This document shows positions 1-11,600 of a DNA stretch of 64,000 nt, piece by piece (the stretch's first letter is position 1; each line of letters starts with the position of its first letter). The notes beneath the pieces were generated by a model that had not been told where the DNA came from, searched no databases, and saw nothing but the letters and a program-made list of their open reading frames with translations. Origin of the DNA: Callorhinchus milii (lineage: Eukaryota); assembly GCF_018977255.1 (NCBI RefSeq), contig NW_024704742.1, forward strand, positions 49,726,001 through 49,790,000, in the 5' to 3' direction. The translations under genes were made by a program, and so were the position numbers.

Positions 1-275
1 AAGGAAATTTCTTCCAGTATCCTGGCAATAACTCCCAGATAAAATTGATCATTCATAGCATGCCAGTTTGTGGAACATTATTGTGTGCAAATTGGGTGCT
101 GCATTCACCTACAAATACACAGTCACTAACTTTATAGCATATCCTGTCACGCTCCTTGAGACATCCTCCTGATATAAAAGAAGCTATATCATATGCAAGG
201 ATCTTTATCATTATTATTGTAACTGTAACAATAATGAAAACCATGGTCCTGCCATTATACATTAAAAGTACAGCA

Positions 276-585
276 GAACAATAACAAATTGCATTTATAT
301 AGTGCTTTCACATTGGGAGGATGTCCCAAAGCGACAGTGAAAAGTTTGCATCTGAGCTGTGAGCTGGAGTCTAGAGGGATGTAGGGCAAGGAGGTGGGAT
401 GATGCCAGAAGGCACGGTCAAAGAGGAAGGTCTTAAGACAGACCTCGAGGGAGGCAAGGGGTGGGGGAGGGGTAAGGCAGAGGGGCTCCGGGATGGAGTT
501 CCAAAGTGTGGGGGCAGAAAGGCTGAAGGCCCAACTGCTGATGATGAAGTAGGCAGGGCGGGGGACACAGAGCAGAAAGGATGAA
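276..585 (-). mobile_element. Decayed L2 3' fragment
   Basis: Reverse-strand L2 tail (ACAAATTGCATTTATATAGTGCTTTCACATTGGGAGGATGTCCCAAAGCG) plus C-terminal coding similarity. Confidence 0.8.
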
Positions 586-984
586 ATTCTTATTTGCTAT
601 ACATTGAATTTCTCACACTTCTAAATAATTGTAATTGATATAAAGGCAAATTCCAATATTTTAGTTACAGAGACTGGAATTTGGGGCTAAAATGTCCCAA
701 CACAAAGGAAGATGTTTGGCTGAGATCCTCACAGGTTCTTGTAGATTGTATAATAACAAGATTGTAAATGGTATATTATTATCAGTACATTATGCATATA
801 GCACCATATCATGTCATGAGAACGTTTCAAATCGCTTCACAGAATTTACTATAACGTGTAGTGACTGTGTATTTGTAGATGAATGCAGCAGCCAATTTGC
901 ACAGAGCAATGTCCCACAAACAGCCATGAGGTGAATGACCAATTTTCTTTGAGGAAACACTTTAAGTTATGTTTTAGACATTGG

Positions 985-1490
985 CTTAGCTACGTCCTCT
1001 CTTATACTAGGTTCTTCGACCCTATCACCCCCACCCTGCCCTACTCCACTGGTTTCCCATCACACAGAGGATATAGTTCAAGATTCTGATCCTCACTTTC
1101 AAAGCCCTCCATGGCCTTGTTTCTCCCTATATCTACAACCTCCTAACCCCTTACCAACTTGCGCGCTCCCACTGCTCGGCGGGCTCCAGCCTGCTTGACG
1201 TCCCTGCTTTGCCCGCCCCACCATTGGCAGGAGGGCCTTCAGCCACTCTGCCCCCACCCTCTGGAACTCCTTCCCGCAGTCCCTCCGTATCGCCCCCTCC
1301 CTTGCCTCCTTCAAGACCCATCTCAAGAACCCCCTCTTCAATCATGCCTTCGGTCATTCACCTTCCTCCCCTGCCCTCCACCCTGCCCAATCCCGACCCC
1401 CAGATCGGGTCCGAAACACTGATTGTCCACTACCTTGGGACGTCCTCCCAGTGTGAAAGATGCTATACAAGTGTCATTTTGTTGTTGTTG
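985..1490 (+). mobile_element. L2 3' fragment (type A)
   Basis: Collinear with 38815-39395 and ends CCTTGGGACGTCCTCCCAGTGTGAAAG..(TTG)n. Confidence 0.88.
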
Positions 1491-1511
1491 TCCTGGTATA
1501 TATTTGCAGTC

Positions 1512-1750
1512 AACAACAACAAGATTATATTTGTATAGCGCCTTTCACGTCGGGAGGATATCCCAAGGCGCTGGACAGTGTACAGCATTTCAGACCCGAG
1601 CTGGGGTCAGGGGGGAGAAGGGAGGGGAAGGGAAGGGTGGTGACCGATGGCATGGTCGAAGAGGAGGGTTTTGAGGCGGGACTTGAAGGAGGCTAAGGAG
1701 GGGGCGAGGCGGAGTGACTGGGGAATGGAGTTCCAGAGGTTACGGGCAGA
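1512..1750 (-). mobile_element. L2 3' fragment (type A), tail-to-tail with the previous copy
   Basis: (CAA)n tail and AGCGCCTTTCACGTCGGGAGGA..AAGGCGCT. ORF 1607-1804 reads LWNSIPQSLRLAPSLASFKSRLKTLLFD. Confidence 0.9.
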
Positions 1751-3208
1751 GTGGCAGTCAAGTTCCAGAGGTTGGGGGCAATCAAAATCACTAGAACAGG
1801 ACATAAAGAAACTTCATCCATCATCATCACATAATAACAACCTATAGTCAGTGCAGCCAAATATCATTTGTTTAAATTAAAGTGCATTGAAATTGATTTA
1901 AAAAAAATCAAAATGAAAAGAAACAAAAAAAAGAAGCTTTATTTCAGGATACCTTTTGTACTTTCTCAAGCATTAATCGGCTTGCTAACCTCCACTGGCT
2001 GATATTTATGTACAAATATCAAATATGATCCATGTCATGTATTGTACCTTGAAACCAATTAACCTGCAGTACCTTAAGAAATTGAGCTCTCATTGCTTAC
2101 CTGCCTTTTTCATGCTTCACTATTGATTCCTTTGTGCACATCAGTCTAGAAATTGGATATTAAAACCTCGCTTGCGTACTTCTATTACTGGGGTCAATAT
2201 GAAAACATTCAAAATGAGTGTACATGGATCTAAAACAAATATAATATTTAGTGTTTTAATTTGTTTTGCAGATTTTTAGTGACATGTAAAGCTCTAAACA
2301 TAGGAAATATAGGGAAATATAAGGAAACACTGAAACAGGAAAAGGCCATTCAGCCCATTGAGCTTATTCTACCAGTTTATTAGATGGTGGTTGATCTTTT
2401 AATCCCGATACCCTGCCCTTTCACCATGCCCCTTAATACTTCTCTTTTAAACATGCCTATTGAAAAACCTTGCATTTGATACAGTGCCCTTGATGTTGCA
2501 AGGAAGTCTCAAACCACTTCACAGGATATTACTGTAAAATGGAGTGACAGTGTAGTTTGTGGGCGAACATGGCAGCCAATTTGGACACAACAATGATGGC
2601 CACACAGCCATGAAGTGAATGATCAATTTTATTTGGGGGATTGTTGGCGAAGACAACAGGAGACACTTCTTTCATTTTTTGGATACTGTCACAGCATCTT
2701 TAACGTCCACCTCACCAGAAGGATGGCACCTCCAACAATGCAGCACACCTCTGTACTGCAAACGCATAGACTGTAAGAGTTCCAAGGCCACATGATGTAA
2801 GCTGTTATTGTTGTATACATGGAAATTTCACAAGTTGCAGGGTCTATCACTAAGCTCCAAAGCATCTTATTTGTGAGCTGAAGGCCATCTGGAATCAATG
2901 TTGCTGATGTTTCTAAACAGGCAACAAAAGTGGTAGGAAAATGCTTTGGAGTCTGGAGAAAATTTAATCAGCAATAAGATGGTCATTAAAACACTGGAAG
3001 GCCTGTTAATTGTTATGTTTGAGGCTAAGGTGCAAAGTGGGTGAATTACAGTTAATTACAGATTGCAGAGACAAATTTTGTTAAAGTTTATTCGACACAT
3101 AGATCACAGATTAGAAGATAATGCACTTTCAATTTTTAATCTCCTCGTTATACCACACAAGTAGCGAAAGACCACCTTCATTTTCAATAATGCTTTGAAT
3201 GGACATAT

Positions 3209-3516
3209 AATAATAATTCTTGCATTTGATAAAATGCCTTATCACGTGTTTGAGACATCGCAAAATGCTTCACAGAATATACTGTAAAATGTATTCTATT
3301 ATTTGTGGGCTGTATATTTTGTGGGCGAAATGCAGCAGCCAATTGCGCTCTGCAGTGTCCCATAAACAGTCGTGAATTGAAGTGACCAATTTTTTTTTAA
3401 GGAATTATTGCCCCCAGAAAATTGACCCTCCAATCGACTAACAACCAGGTTCCTGCTTAACTGCTAAGTAAACAGAGGCGTATGGAGTAAGGAAACTTGC
3501 CCAACATTTCGCCCTG
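3209..3516 (-). mobile_element. tRNA-Ala SINE, long form, headless
   Basis: (TAA)n tail and body up to GGAGTAAGGAAACTTGCCCAA. Confidence 0.85.
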
Positions 3517-4537
3517 AGTGCTGAAATCCACAGCAGGTTAATCAGCAACTGAAAGAGAATGATAGGTTAACACCGCAGGTGTGATTCTTCATCAGAACTT
3601 TAACCTATTTTCTCTGTCAGGGACTGATTGATCTGTATGTGGCTTTCCAGCATTTCAGATTGATTATAAATTTAAAGCATTTGCAATTTTCTCTTTTTAT
3701 TGCCAGTCAATTACAAACTTTTTTATTTAGCCGCCCCCAATTGTTTAAATTAGAGAATGCACAAGGGTCTAGGTACTTTAGCTTGTCTAGCTATGGTGAA
3801 TTCATAAAAACTGTAACAATGGATGTAATGTTACAGTGAAATGCCATTTTACACAATGATTCAGACTGAAGATGAAAACTACCACATTTTACAGGCCCTC
3901 CCATTACGATTTCTCTATTTATTTACTTGTTGTTTTACTCTTGTTTCACTCCCAGGTTCCAGACACAGTTTCTTCTACGCTGGTTTAATGGATTAATTAC
4001 TGGCATGATTCCAGCCTCTGCAGTATTTTGTCTTTTGTCAGACTGAAGATGGTAGCCTGAGCCCAAGTAAGAATTTGCTTTTACATTGTGTGCTTATTTG
4101 ATTTCCTGGTGACGTAGCTGAGTATATAAAAATATACACCTTTAAAACATATCACCCTGACTATGGTCTTTGAAAAACAATTTAAATTTGGGTCTAATCT
4201 GCACGTTGGGTTAACCTTGTGCAAAAGTTTAATGAATTATTTGTGAGGACTTGGGTTAACTGTGAGCAAATGTTTATGTTCAGAAATCTAGATGCTTTTC
4301 TCAGGAAATTAGCAATCAACGGAAGAATTATGGGTGATTCACATGGTTAACCCATGCATTTGTACATAGTTAGCCCAAGCCTCAAATTAGACTTCAATGA
4401 ATTATATATACGTTTAAAAAGCAACTCATTACTGAGGATTCACAGAGTGAATACTTGAAGGCAAATAATATGTCTCTGCATCATCTTCTGTTGGTAACTA
4501 CTAATTAATAAGTAAGTTATGACCTGTGATCAAAGTA

Positions 4538-5280
4538 ATAATAAATAACAATAATCTGTGTATTTGACACATTATAACATCTTCAAGATGTCTCAAGTGG
4601 TTCACAGAATATATTGTAAAGTGAATTTACTGTATATTTTGTGGTCGAAACGCGGCAGCCAATTGCGCACAGCAGTGTCCCACAAACAGTCCTCGGATTG
4701 AGTGACCAAATTATTATTATTTGTTTTAGGGCCTTATTACCCCCGGAAAAGCGATCCACCAATCGACTAATAACTGGGTTCCTACTTACTGCTAGTTAAA
4801 CAGAGGCGTGTGGAGTAAGTTCAAGATCCTCACTCTTGTGTTCAAATCCATTCACTCCCTGGCACCTCCCTATCTCTCCGACCTCCTCACTTCCCAATCC
4901 ACCACCCGATGCCCCCGCTTGACTGGCACCGGCCTCCTACCCGTCCCTCGCACTCTCCCCCCACCATTGGTCGTGCTTTCAGCCACTACGCCCCAAAACT
5001 CTGGAACACTCTCCCTCAATCTCTCTGCCTTGCCCCCTCTTTCCCTTCTTTCGAGTCCTGTCTGGAAACTTTCTTCTTCGACCGTTCTTACGGTCTCCCC
5101 CCAGCTTGGAGTCAGGCTCCACCACTGTTAAGCGCTCTCAGATGCTACTCTGTGAGGAGGGCGCTATATAAGTGCAAGTTCTTGTTGTTGTTGTAAGGAA
5201 ACTTGGCCAACGTTTCGCCCTGCCGGGAATCGAACCCAGGTCCTCTCGTTTGTGAGGCGAGTGCTCTAATCACTAATTTA
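4538..5280 (-). mobile_element. tRNA-Ala SINE, long form, interrupted by L2 (4820-5193)
   Basis: Body at 4538-4819. Head at 5193-5280 with reverse B box GGAATCGAACC. Confidence 0.88.
4820..5193 (+). mobile_element. L2 3' fragment (type B) nested in a SINE, with GTAAG direct repeat
   Basis: FKILTLVFKSIHSLAPPYL. GTAAG occurs at 4815-4819 and 5193-5197, and the SINE sequence resumes on both sides. Confidence 0.9.
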
Positions 5281-7556
5281 GAGGGATTATATTTTCTACA
5301 AACGTGTAAGAAGAACAATTAAAAAGGCTTATATTTACTTGCTGTCCAAAACACTAAAGTAGTAAAAAAAGTGTTAAAAAAGTCATAATTTTGTTGGATT
5401 TTAATACATATCAAAACTAGTTTCCTGGGTATTACTGGCTGCCATTAATTTCTGCTGAGCCTGCAGTAAAAATGTAAAACGATAATATCTTTATGTTAAC
5501 ATCTTTCAATACTGCTTTGAGACTCTGAACACAACATGAATCTCTGCAGTTTTCAATCGTGTCTAAAATGCTGTTGTATTTTAACTACTATATCATGATT
5601 GTATTGTGATGCCTTCTTCAAATTTCTCCCCGCTAAATATATAGTACATCAGAAATGGTTTAATCAAATAAAATAACAGCTGCAGAGAGTAACTTGAGCT
5701 GCTATCACTTCCAGTAGTAGAGCCATCTGGAATAGTAAGGCATTATATTACATCAGGGCCATTAAGAAACTCACACTTCAATACACTTGACAGTCCTGGC
5801 TGGGCACCCAATAGTTTTGAATAGTTTTATAACTAATAATAATAATATTGATTGATGGATCGATCAACAACCCCCAAAATAATAATAATTTGGTCACTTA
5901 ATCCACGACTGTTTGTCGGACACTGCTGTGTACAAACGGATGCCACAATTTGCCCACAAAATACATTCACTGCACTTTACAGTATATTCTGTGAAGTAGT
6001 TTGAGACATCTCAATGATATAGTAAGGTACTATATCAAATTCAAGGATTATTATTATTATTAATAACTATTATCAATTATTTACTGTTTATTCCATGGGT
6101 TGTGTCCAGTAAGACACTCACAAAATAAAAGAATGGCGATCAAAGAGACAAAGTTCCTTCTTCATCCTTCATATATGAGGGAGAAGGGAATAAAGTATGT
6201 GAAAGGGATCAGGAAGGGATGGAGGCTCATATTGAGATTAGTTGAGCAGAATGACCTGTTACCTAGCTGTAATAGTCACAATATAATTCATTTGATTCTG
6301 TCTTGTGAAATCAATCTTGTTTGCCATTAGCAATGCTCTGCTGAACCTTGGCACCAAAGAATCTTGGCATAGAACTGGCGCTAAAAGTGAAAAATGGAAA
6401 TGTGACATTGTATACACTGCTGAGGCAGTTTCCATTGATCGGGTGCTCTGTAGTCCACTGAACTCTGGAGGGAGTACTTTGATCCAGTTCATCTGTTTTG
6501 GGGTTTAGGCCAAAGTCCCAGAGGTGAAAGAATATTATTTTAATCATTTGCCATCTTGTGCCCACTGACACAATTTTCAAAAACAACCCTTTCTTCACTC
6601 TCCATCTCCCTCCACTTATACCGGATTCAAAAATTTCATAAAGCACAAATGCTAACAATACTTTGCAAATTTATTGACCTCAGTTCTGCTGTTTCCACAT
6701 GTTAGTCAGAAGCATTATCATCTACTATAGTTCTGGTGCCTTTCTCTCTTGCAGATGGATACACAGAATTAGAAAAAAACTGCTTTTATGCTGTGTTTCT
6801 TTCCTGAAAGAACTCCCACACACAGTGCACACTGTTGCTATGCAGAGCTGTGCTTGCACATTTGAAATATTTTTACCCAGGCTTATGGTGGAAATGTAGA
6901 TGCTTATATAAGATGTTACCATTATCCTTCACTCTGTCTTCACAACATAATGGAACTGGATGGGGAGAAGGAGGAAAATAAAACAAATTTATTATTGTGA
7001 AATAATGAATCTTAATGTAATGCATTCAGATTTTCCTTGTTTTAGGGAAAATTTCACCCTTACTTGCGAAGGTCAAGCAATTACATGGAATTATGATTCT
7101 TTTATTCATTTCTGCCTGTTCATTTTTTTTGCAATTGTTTTATAAACGGTGAATGTCATTGACTGAGAGAAATGGCTTTGATGAATAATCAAGTTCAACA
7201 GAGTGACGGAGCTGAATTAAACCAAGCCAATGCAATCATTAAGAATGGGGCTTCAACTCTCTTGTTTGTCTTGTCGATACATTCAGCTTGATTTCACTGT
7301 CTGCTTCAGTGGCTCCTTCAAGATGCCTCCTGAATTTGATGAACAGAAACAAAAAGGACAATGAAAGGCCAGGGAAAGAAGGCACTAACATGTCAGGGCC
7401 AGTCTAAATTATTTTTAACAGCTCAATTATTTTCAGGGCTTGTGATTGCAAACTCCCCTCTAATATTTTGCAAATAAAGATGAAAATATGCAAATAACAA
7501 CCTACTTTCCTACAGTTTTTCCTGAACTTTATTTAATAATAATAATTGCTATTGGT

Positions 7557-7869
7557 GGAATCCTGTAGCTCAGTGGTTAGAGCACTCACTTTGCAAGTGA
7601 GAGACCTGAGTTCAATTCCAGGCAGGGCGAAACCTTGGGCAAGTTTCCTTACTCCACACAGAGCCTAATAATAATCCCTCCAAAAAAACAAAACAATAAT
7701 AAATTGGTCATTTTCAATCCACGACTGTTTGTGGGACATTGCTGTGCACAATTGGCTGCCGCGTTCGCCCACAAATATACAGTCAATTCACTTTACAGTA
7801 TATTCTGTGAAGCGCTTTGGGATGTCTAGAAGCGCTATATCAAATGCAAGGATTATTATTATTATTATT
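7557..7869 (+). mobile_element. tRNA-Ala(TGC)-derived SINE, short form, full length
   Basis: A box TAGCTCAGTGG (7566-7576), B box GTTCAATTCC (7610-7619), body shared with many copies, L2-like tail and (ATT)n. Confidence 0.92.
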
Positions 7870-8044
7870 CAACCGTGCCTTCACCTCCCCTCTCGACTCT
7901 CTACCCCCTCCTCGCTCCCTCCCTTCCCTCCCTTCACCCTGACTATTTCCCCCTTGCTCGGGTCCTGACCCAACTGTCCAGCGCCTTGGGACGTCCTCCC
8001 GACATGAAAGGCGCTCTATAAATGCAATCTTGTTGTTGTTGTTG
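7870..8044 (+). mobile_element. Short young L2 3' end (type A)
   Basis: Near-identical to 39170-39395 but with a single copy of the 46-nt 3' UTR unit. Confidence 0.9.
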
Positions 8045-8380
8045 CATTTGATATAGCGTCTTATCGTGTTTTTGAGGCGTCTCAAAGTGTTTCACAGAAT
8101 ACACTGTAAAGTGAATTAACTATATTTTGGGGGCAAAATGTGGCAACCAATTGTGCACAGCAGTGTCCCACAAACAGTTGTGGATTGAGTGACCAAATTA
8201 TTATTATTATTTTTTGAAGAGATTATTACCCCTGGAAAAGCAATCTACCAATTGACTAACAACCAGGTTCCTACTTATGCAAGGTAAACAGAAGTGTGTG
8301 GAGTGAGAAAACTTGCTCAACATTTCGCTCTGCCCGGGAATTGAACCCAGGTCCTCTTGCTTGCAAGGTGAGTGCTCTAA
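8043..8380 (-). mobile_element. tRNA-Ala SINE, long form
   Basis: Same head and tail plus the extra internal segment ..TGTTTACC..TAAGTAGGAACCTGGTTGTTAGTC.. Confidence 0.88.
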
Positions 8381-8698
8381 TAATAATAATAATAATCCTT
8401 GCATTTGATATAGCGCTTTTCACGTCGGGAGGACGTCCCAAAGCGCTTCACAGAACACACTGTAAAGTGAATTGACTGTATATTTGTGGGCGAACGCGGC
8501 AGCCAATTGCGCACAGCAATGTCCCACAAACAGTCGTAGATTGAAAATGACCAATTTATTATTGTTTTGTTTTGGAGGGATTATTATTAGGCTCTGTGTG
8601 GAGTAAGGAAACTTGCCCAAGGTTTCGCCCTGCCTGGAATTGAACTCAGGTCTCTCACTTGCAAAGCGAGTGCTCTAACTACTGAGCTACAGGACTCC
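8381..8698 (-). mobile_element. tRNA-Ala SINE, short form, full length, L2-type inner hairpin
   Basis: Reverse complement reads GGAGTCCTGTAGCTCAGT...GGGACGTCCTCCCGACGTGAAAAGCGCT..(ATT)n. Confidence 0.93.
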
Positions 8699-11600
8699 AC
8701 AGTCCTATTTCTTTCTGATCTGGATAAATTAATAATCCTTGCATTTCATACAACGTCCTATCCCATTGTTGAGAAGTCTCAAGCACTTTCCAGGAATTAC
8801 TGTAAAGTGTAGTGACTGTATTTGCAGGAACTCTGAGACACTACCCTGCGTGGAGGGTGCTATATAAAGGCAAGTTGTTGTTGTGGGGGAATGAACAGCC
8901 AATCTGTTGCAAGACAATGTCCCACAAACAGCCATGAGGTGAATAACCAATTTCACCCCGAGGATTGTTGGCTTTTTTTACATATTTCATGAAATCTGTG
9001 ACAAATTATACACTTTAAAGCTGAAATTCTGTAACAGAGGAAGATAGTACTAAGCAAAAGTCATTCAATTACTATAATATTCAACTTCTTTTGATCCCCT
9101 TTTTACCCCTTTTTCACACCCCATTTTAGAGATAAACCTATATTGCTCTATCTTTGTTTGAATCAGGATTGCCCACCCACCCTGTATTGCATTTATTGCA
9201 CTAGATGGCAGTCTATTCCATGTGTTTATAACTCTAAAATAATCAATCAGCTACTCCTTAATTTACATTGAGTCAGTGGTTCCTTTAAACCAAAAATGGA
9301 GTACTTTTGCTTTGTTTTGTGAAAAATTCAAATCATATCTGATCTAGTTGGGGTATCAAGTGCTAGGTCAGAACTTTGAGCTCATAGTCTAGTCCACTAT
9401 TGCCCAATGTTTATAGTCGGCCAAAACCTTTTTTGTTCTTGATTTAATATGTCTTGATTTAAGCCATAAACTAAGAAAAAAATGAAAACACACATCTGAT
9501 CGAACAAGGACATACATGGACTCATCCAAATGTTCAGGAGGCCACTTCCAGCCCACAGGCCACAGGTTGGCCATTACTTGTCAACGCTTACAGCCCAGTT
9601 CAGTACAGGAGCAGTGCTGCATTGACACTATGGCACTACTAGAAAAGAGAATGGAGATTCTCCAGATGTCCTGGCCAACAATCCTTCAGATGACTTTGAT
9701 CACCCACTGTATAGCTGTTTGTAGGATACTCTGTGTCCAAACTGGCTGCCACATTCGCCTACAAACTGACCAGTAAGTATTATTATAAAAATTGTTACCT
9801 TTCAGAAAGAACATGAGAGTGCACTCTCTTAACTTTAACCTTTTTTCACATTGACCAAGTACTTTCTTTGGTAGAATATTTTACAACATCTTTAAGTCTT
9901 TGCATTTTTCCATGTCAGCAGGATAACTAGATACAATATGCATACAACATGTCATCTTACCAGTGTTTTATAGAGGGTCTGTTAACTAAGAACCACTCTT
10001 GCCCTGGAGGGATGCACCTTGCTTACTTTATAGTGAAGAGTATTAGGTGCAAATTGACAAGAGCCAAAACTAGGGGACATCACAATGTGCATTTGTGTTT
10101 TGCTGGAGTCTAGTTGCTCAATAGAACTGTTTCCATTGATAATTATCCTTTACATCACATCATCCAGTCAATGAATGAATCATTTCAAACTTCATCTTGA
10201 AACCATTGAACTTTGAGTCTAATTGAGTAGAACCAACCTTATCAAATGCTGTCTTGTACGCAAAGCAGCCCATTTATTGAACCTGAGCAATTTTTACAAC
10301 TCTGAGCTCGCCAAGTACTACTCTACAGGTCCACTCATTGTCAAGGTTCACTTGAATAATATGGGATTTTGACAAAGTACCATGGCATTGTGGTTCAAAT
10401 AGAAGGACAATCGGAGTCAAACACTTTCAGACAATACCAGGGATAAAATTGTCAAAGAAAGGAAGGAAAAGACTGAAATCACATTTGGGGTCTAAAATGT
10501 GAGTTGGCCTAATAAACCCTGGACTGACAATGTTCAAGGACACCTCCATGCATTTGAATCTAGTTAACATGGGCTAGTAGCCCAAATTGCATTTTACACA
10601 TTGGTATTTATCATCTAGTTCTCTAATTTTATGGATCTGAACCAATAAGCTTCCTAAAATTTCAAGTTTCATACCCATTACTTCTTTTCTTGTGGATTTT
10701 TGGATGAGACCAATGTTTTATGAACCAACAAGAACCTGCATTTATATAGTGCCCTTCATGTGGAGCAGCATCTCAGGAAGCTTAAGCACCAAATATACCA
10801 TTTTTTGATAATGTTTCTTAACCGCAACAAAGCACTCTTACTACTTTAGTGAACTGTTTAGAAGTATTCCAAGTAGCCAATAGTCCATAGTGAAAAGATT
10901 AATTTATAATGTTTCTCATTTCATCTATAACTTTTATTTTTATTAATATCTCATTTGTTTATGTATACAATATTTCCAAAGCTTCCTTCTTCTTTGTTTT
11001 TGGAAATCAATTAATTGTTTTACCTTTATTCTTACCTTCCATCCTACTTCATAACTGAGATCTGGGCTTTAGTGATAGTATCCTTTTATTTTGACATGAG
11101 ACTTCTCTAGTACATCCTTCAAAACATTCACATTTTATTTAATGTTTCCTTTCCTTGATTTATGGCATAGTATATCAAGTTCCTGCTGTAAAGCCCATCG
11201 ATGGAAACTGAACATCATGCAAACATAGAGAGGTCACCACGAACAAAGCAATTGCTGATAAATGCAGCAGGACGCAGTCTACAAAGTGTGAATTATGTGG
11301 TGATTTGCTTATATCATAGATTTATATAGAATGTATAGCAGGAAAACAGGTCATTCTGCACAATTAGTCTGTGACGCTATTTATACTCAACAAAAAATAA
11401 TGATAATTTGCATTTATATCGTGCTCTTCGCGCGGAATAGGGTCTCAGAGTGAAAATCACAAAATATCAGTAGAATATGAAAGTAAAAATTCTTTATCTT
11501 AACATTTGTTGAATAGCTGTGATTATTACAGCTGTAACCTCAATCACAGCTGCAGTACCAAAAAATGACAAACATACAATAGAACTTGGGGAATAGTATC

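Noticed and set aside
4042..4066. Microexon TEDGSLSP, and similar candidates at 44397-44487 (+), 6263-6380 (-) and 2101-2145 (-)
   Set aside because: The splice signals are plausible, but such matches are expected by chance in 64 kb of AT-rich DNA. They fall on both strands and give no recognisable protein.
7635..8620. Recurrent ORFs MGKFPYST.. and MWDIAVRNW.. as a small protein family
   Set aside because: They are translations of the SINE body with non-ATG starts and variable frames.
9506..9580. hAT-like transposon end (GGCCACAGGTTGGCCA)
   Set aside because: No matching opposite terminus or 8-bp TSD could be found.
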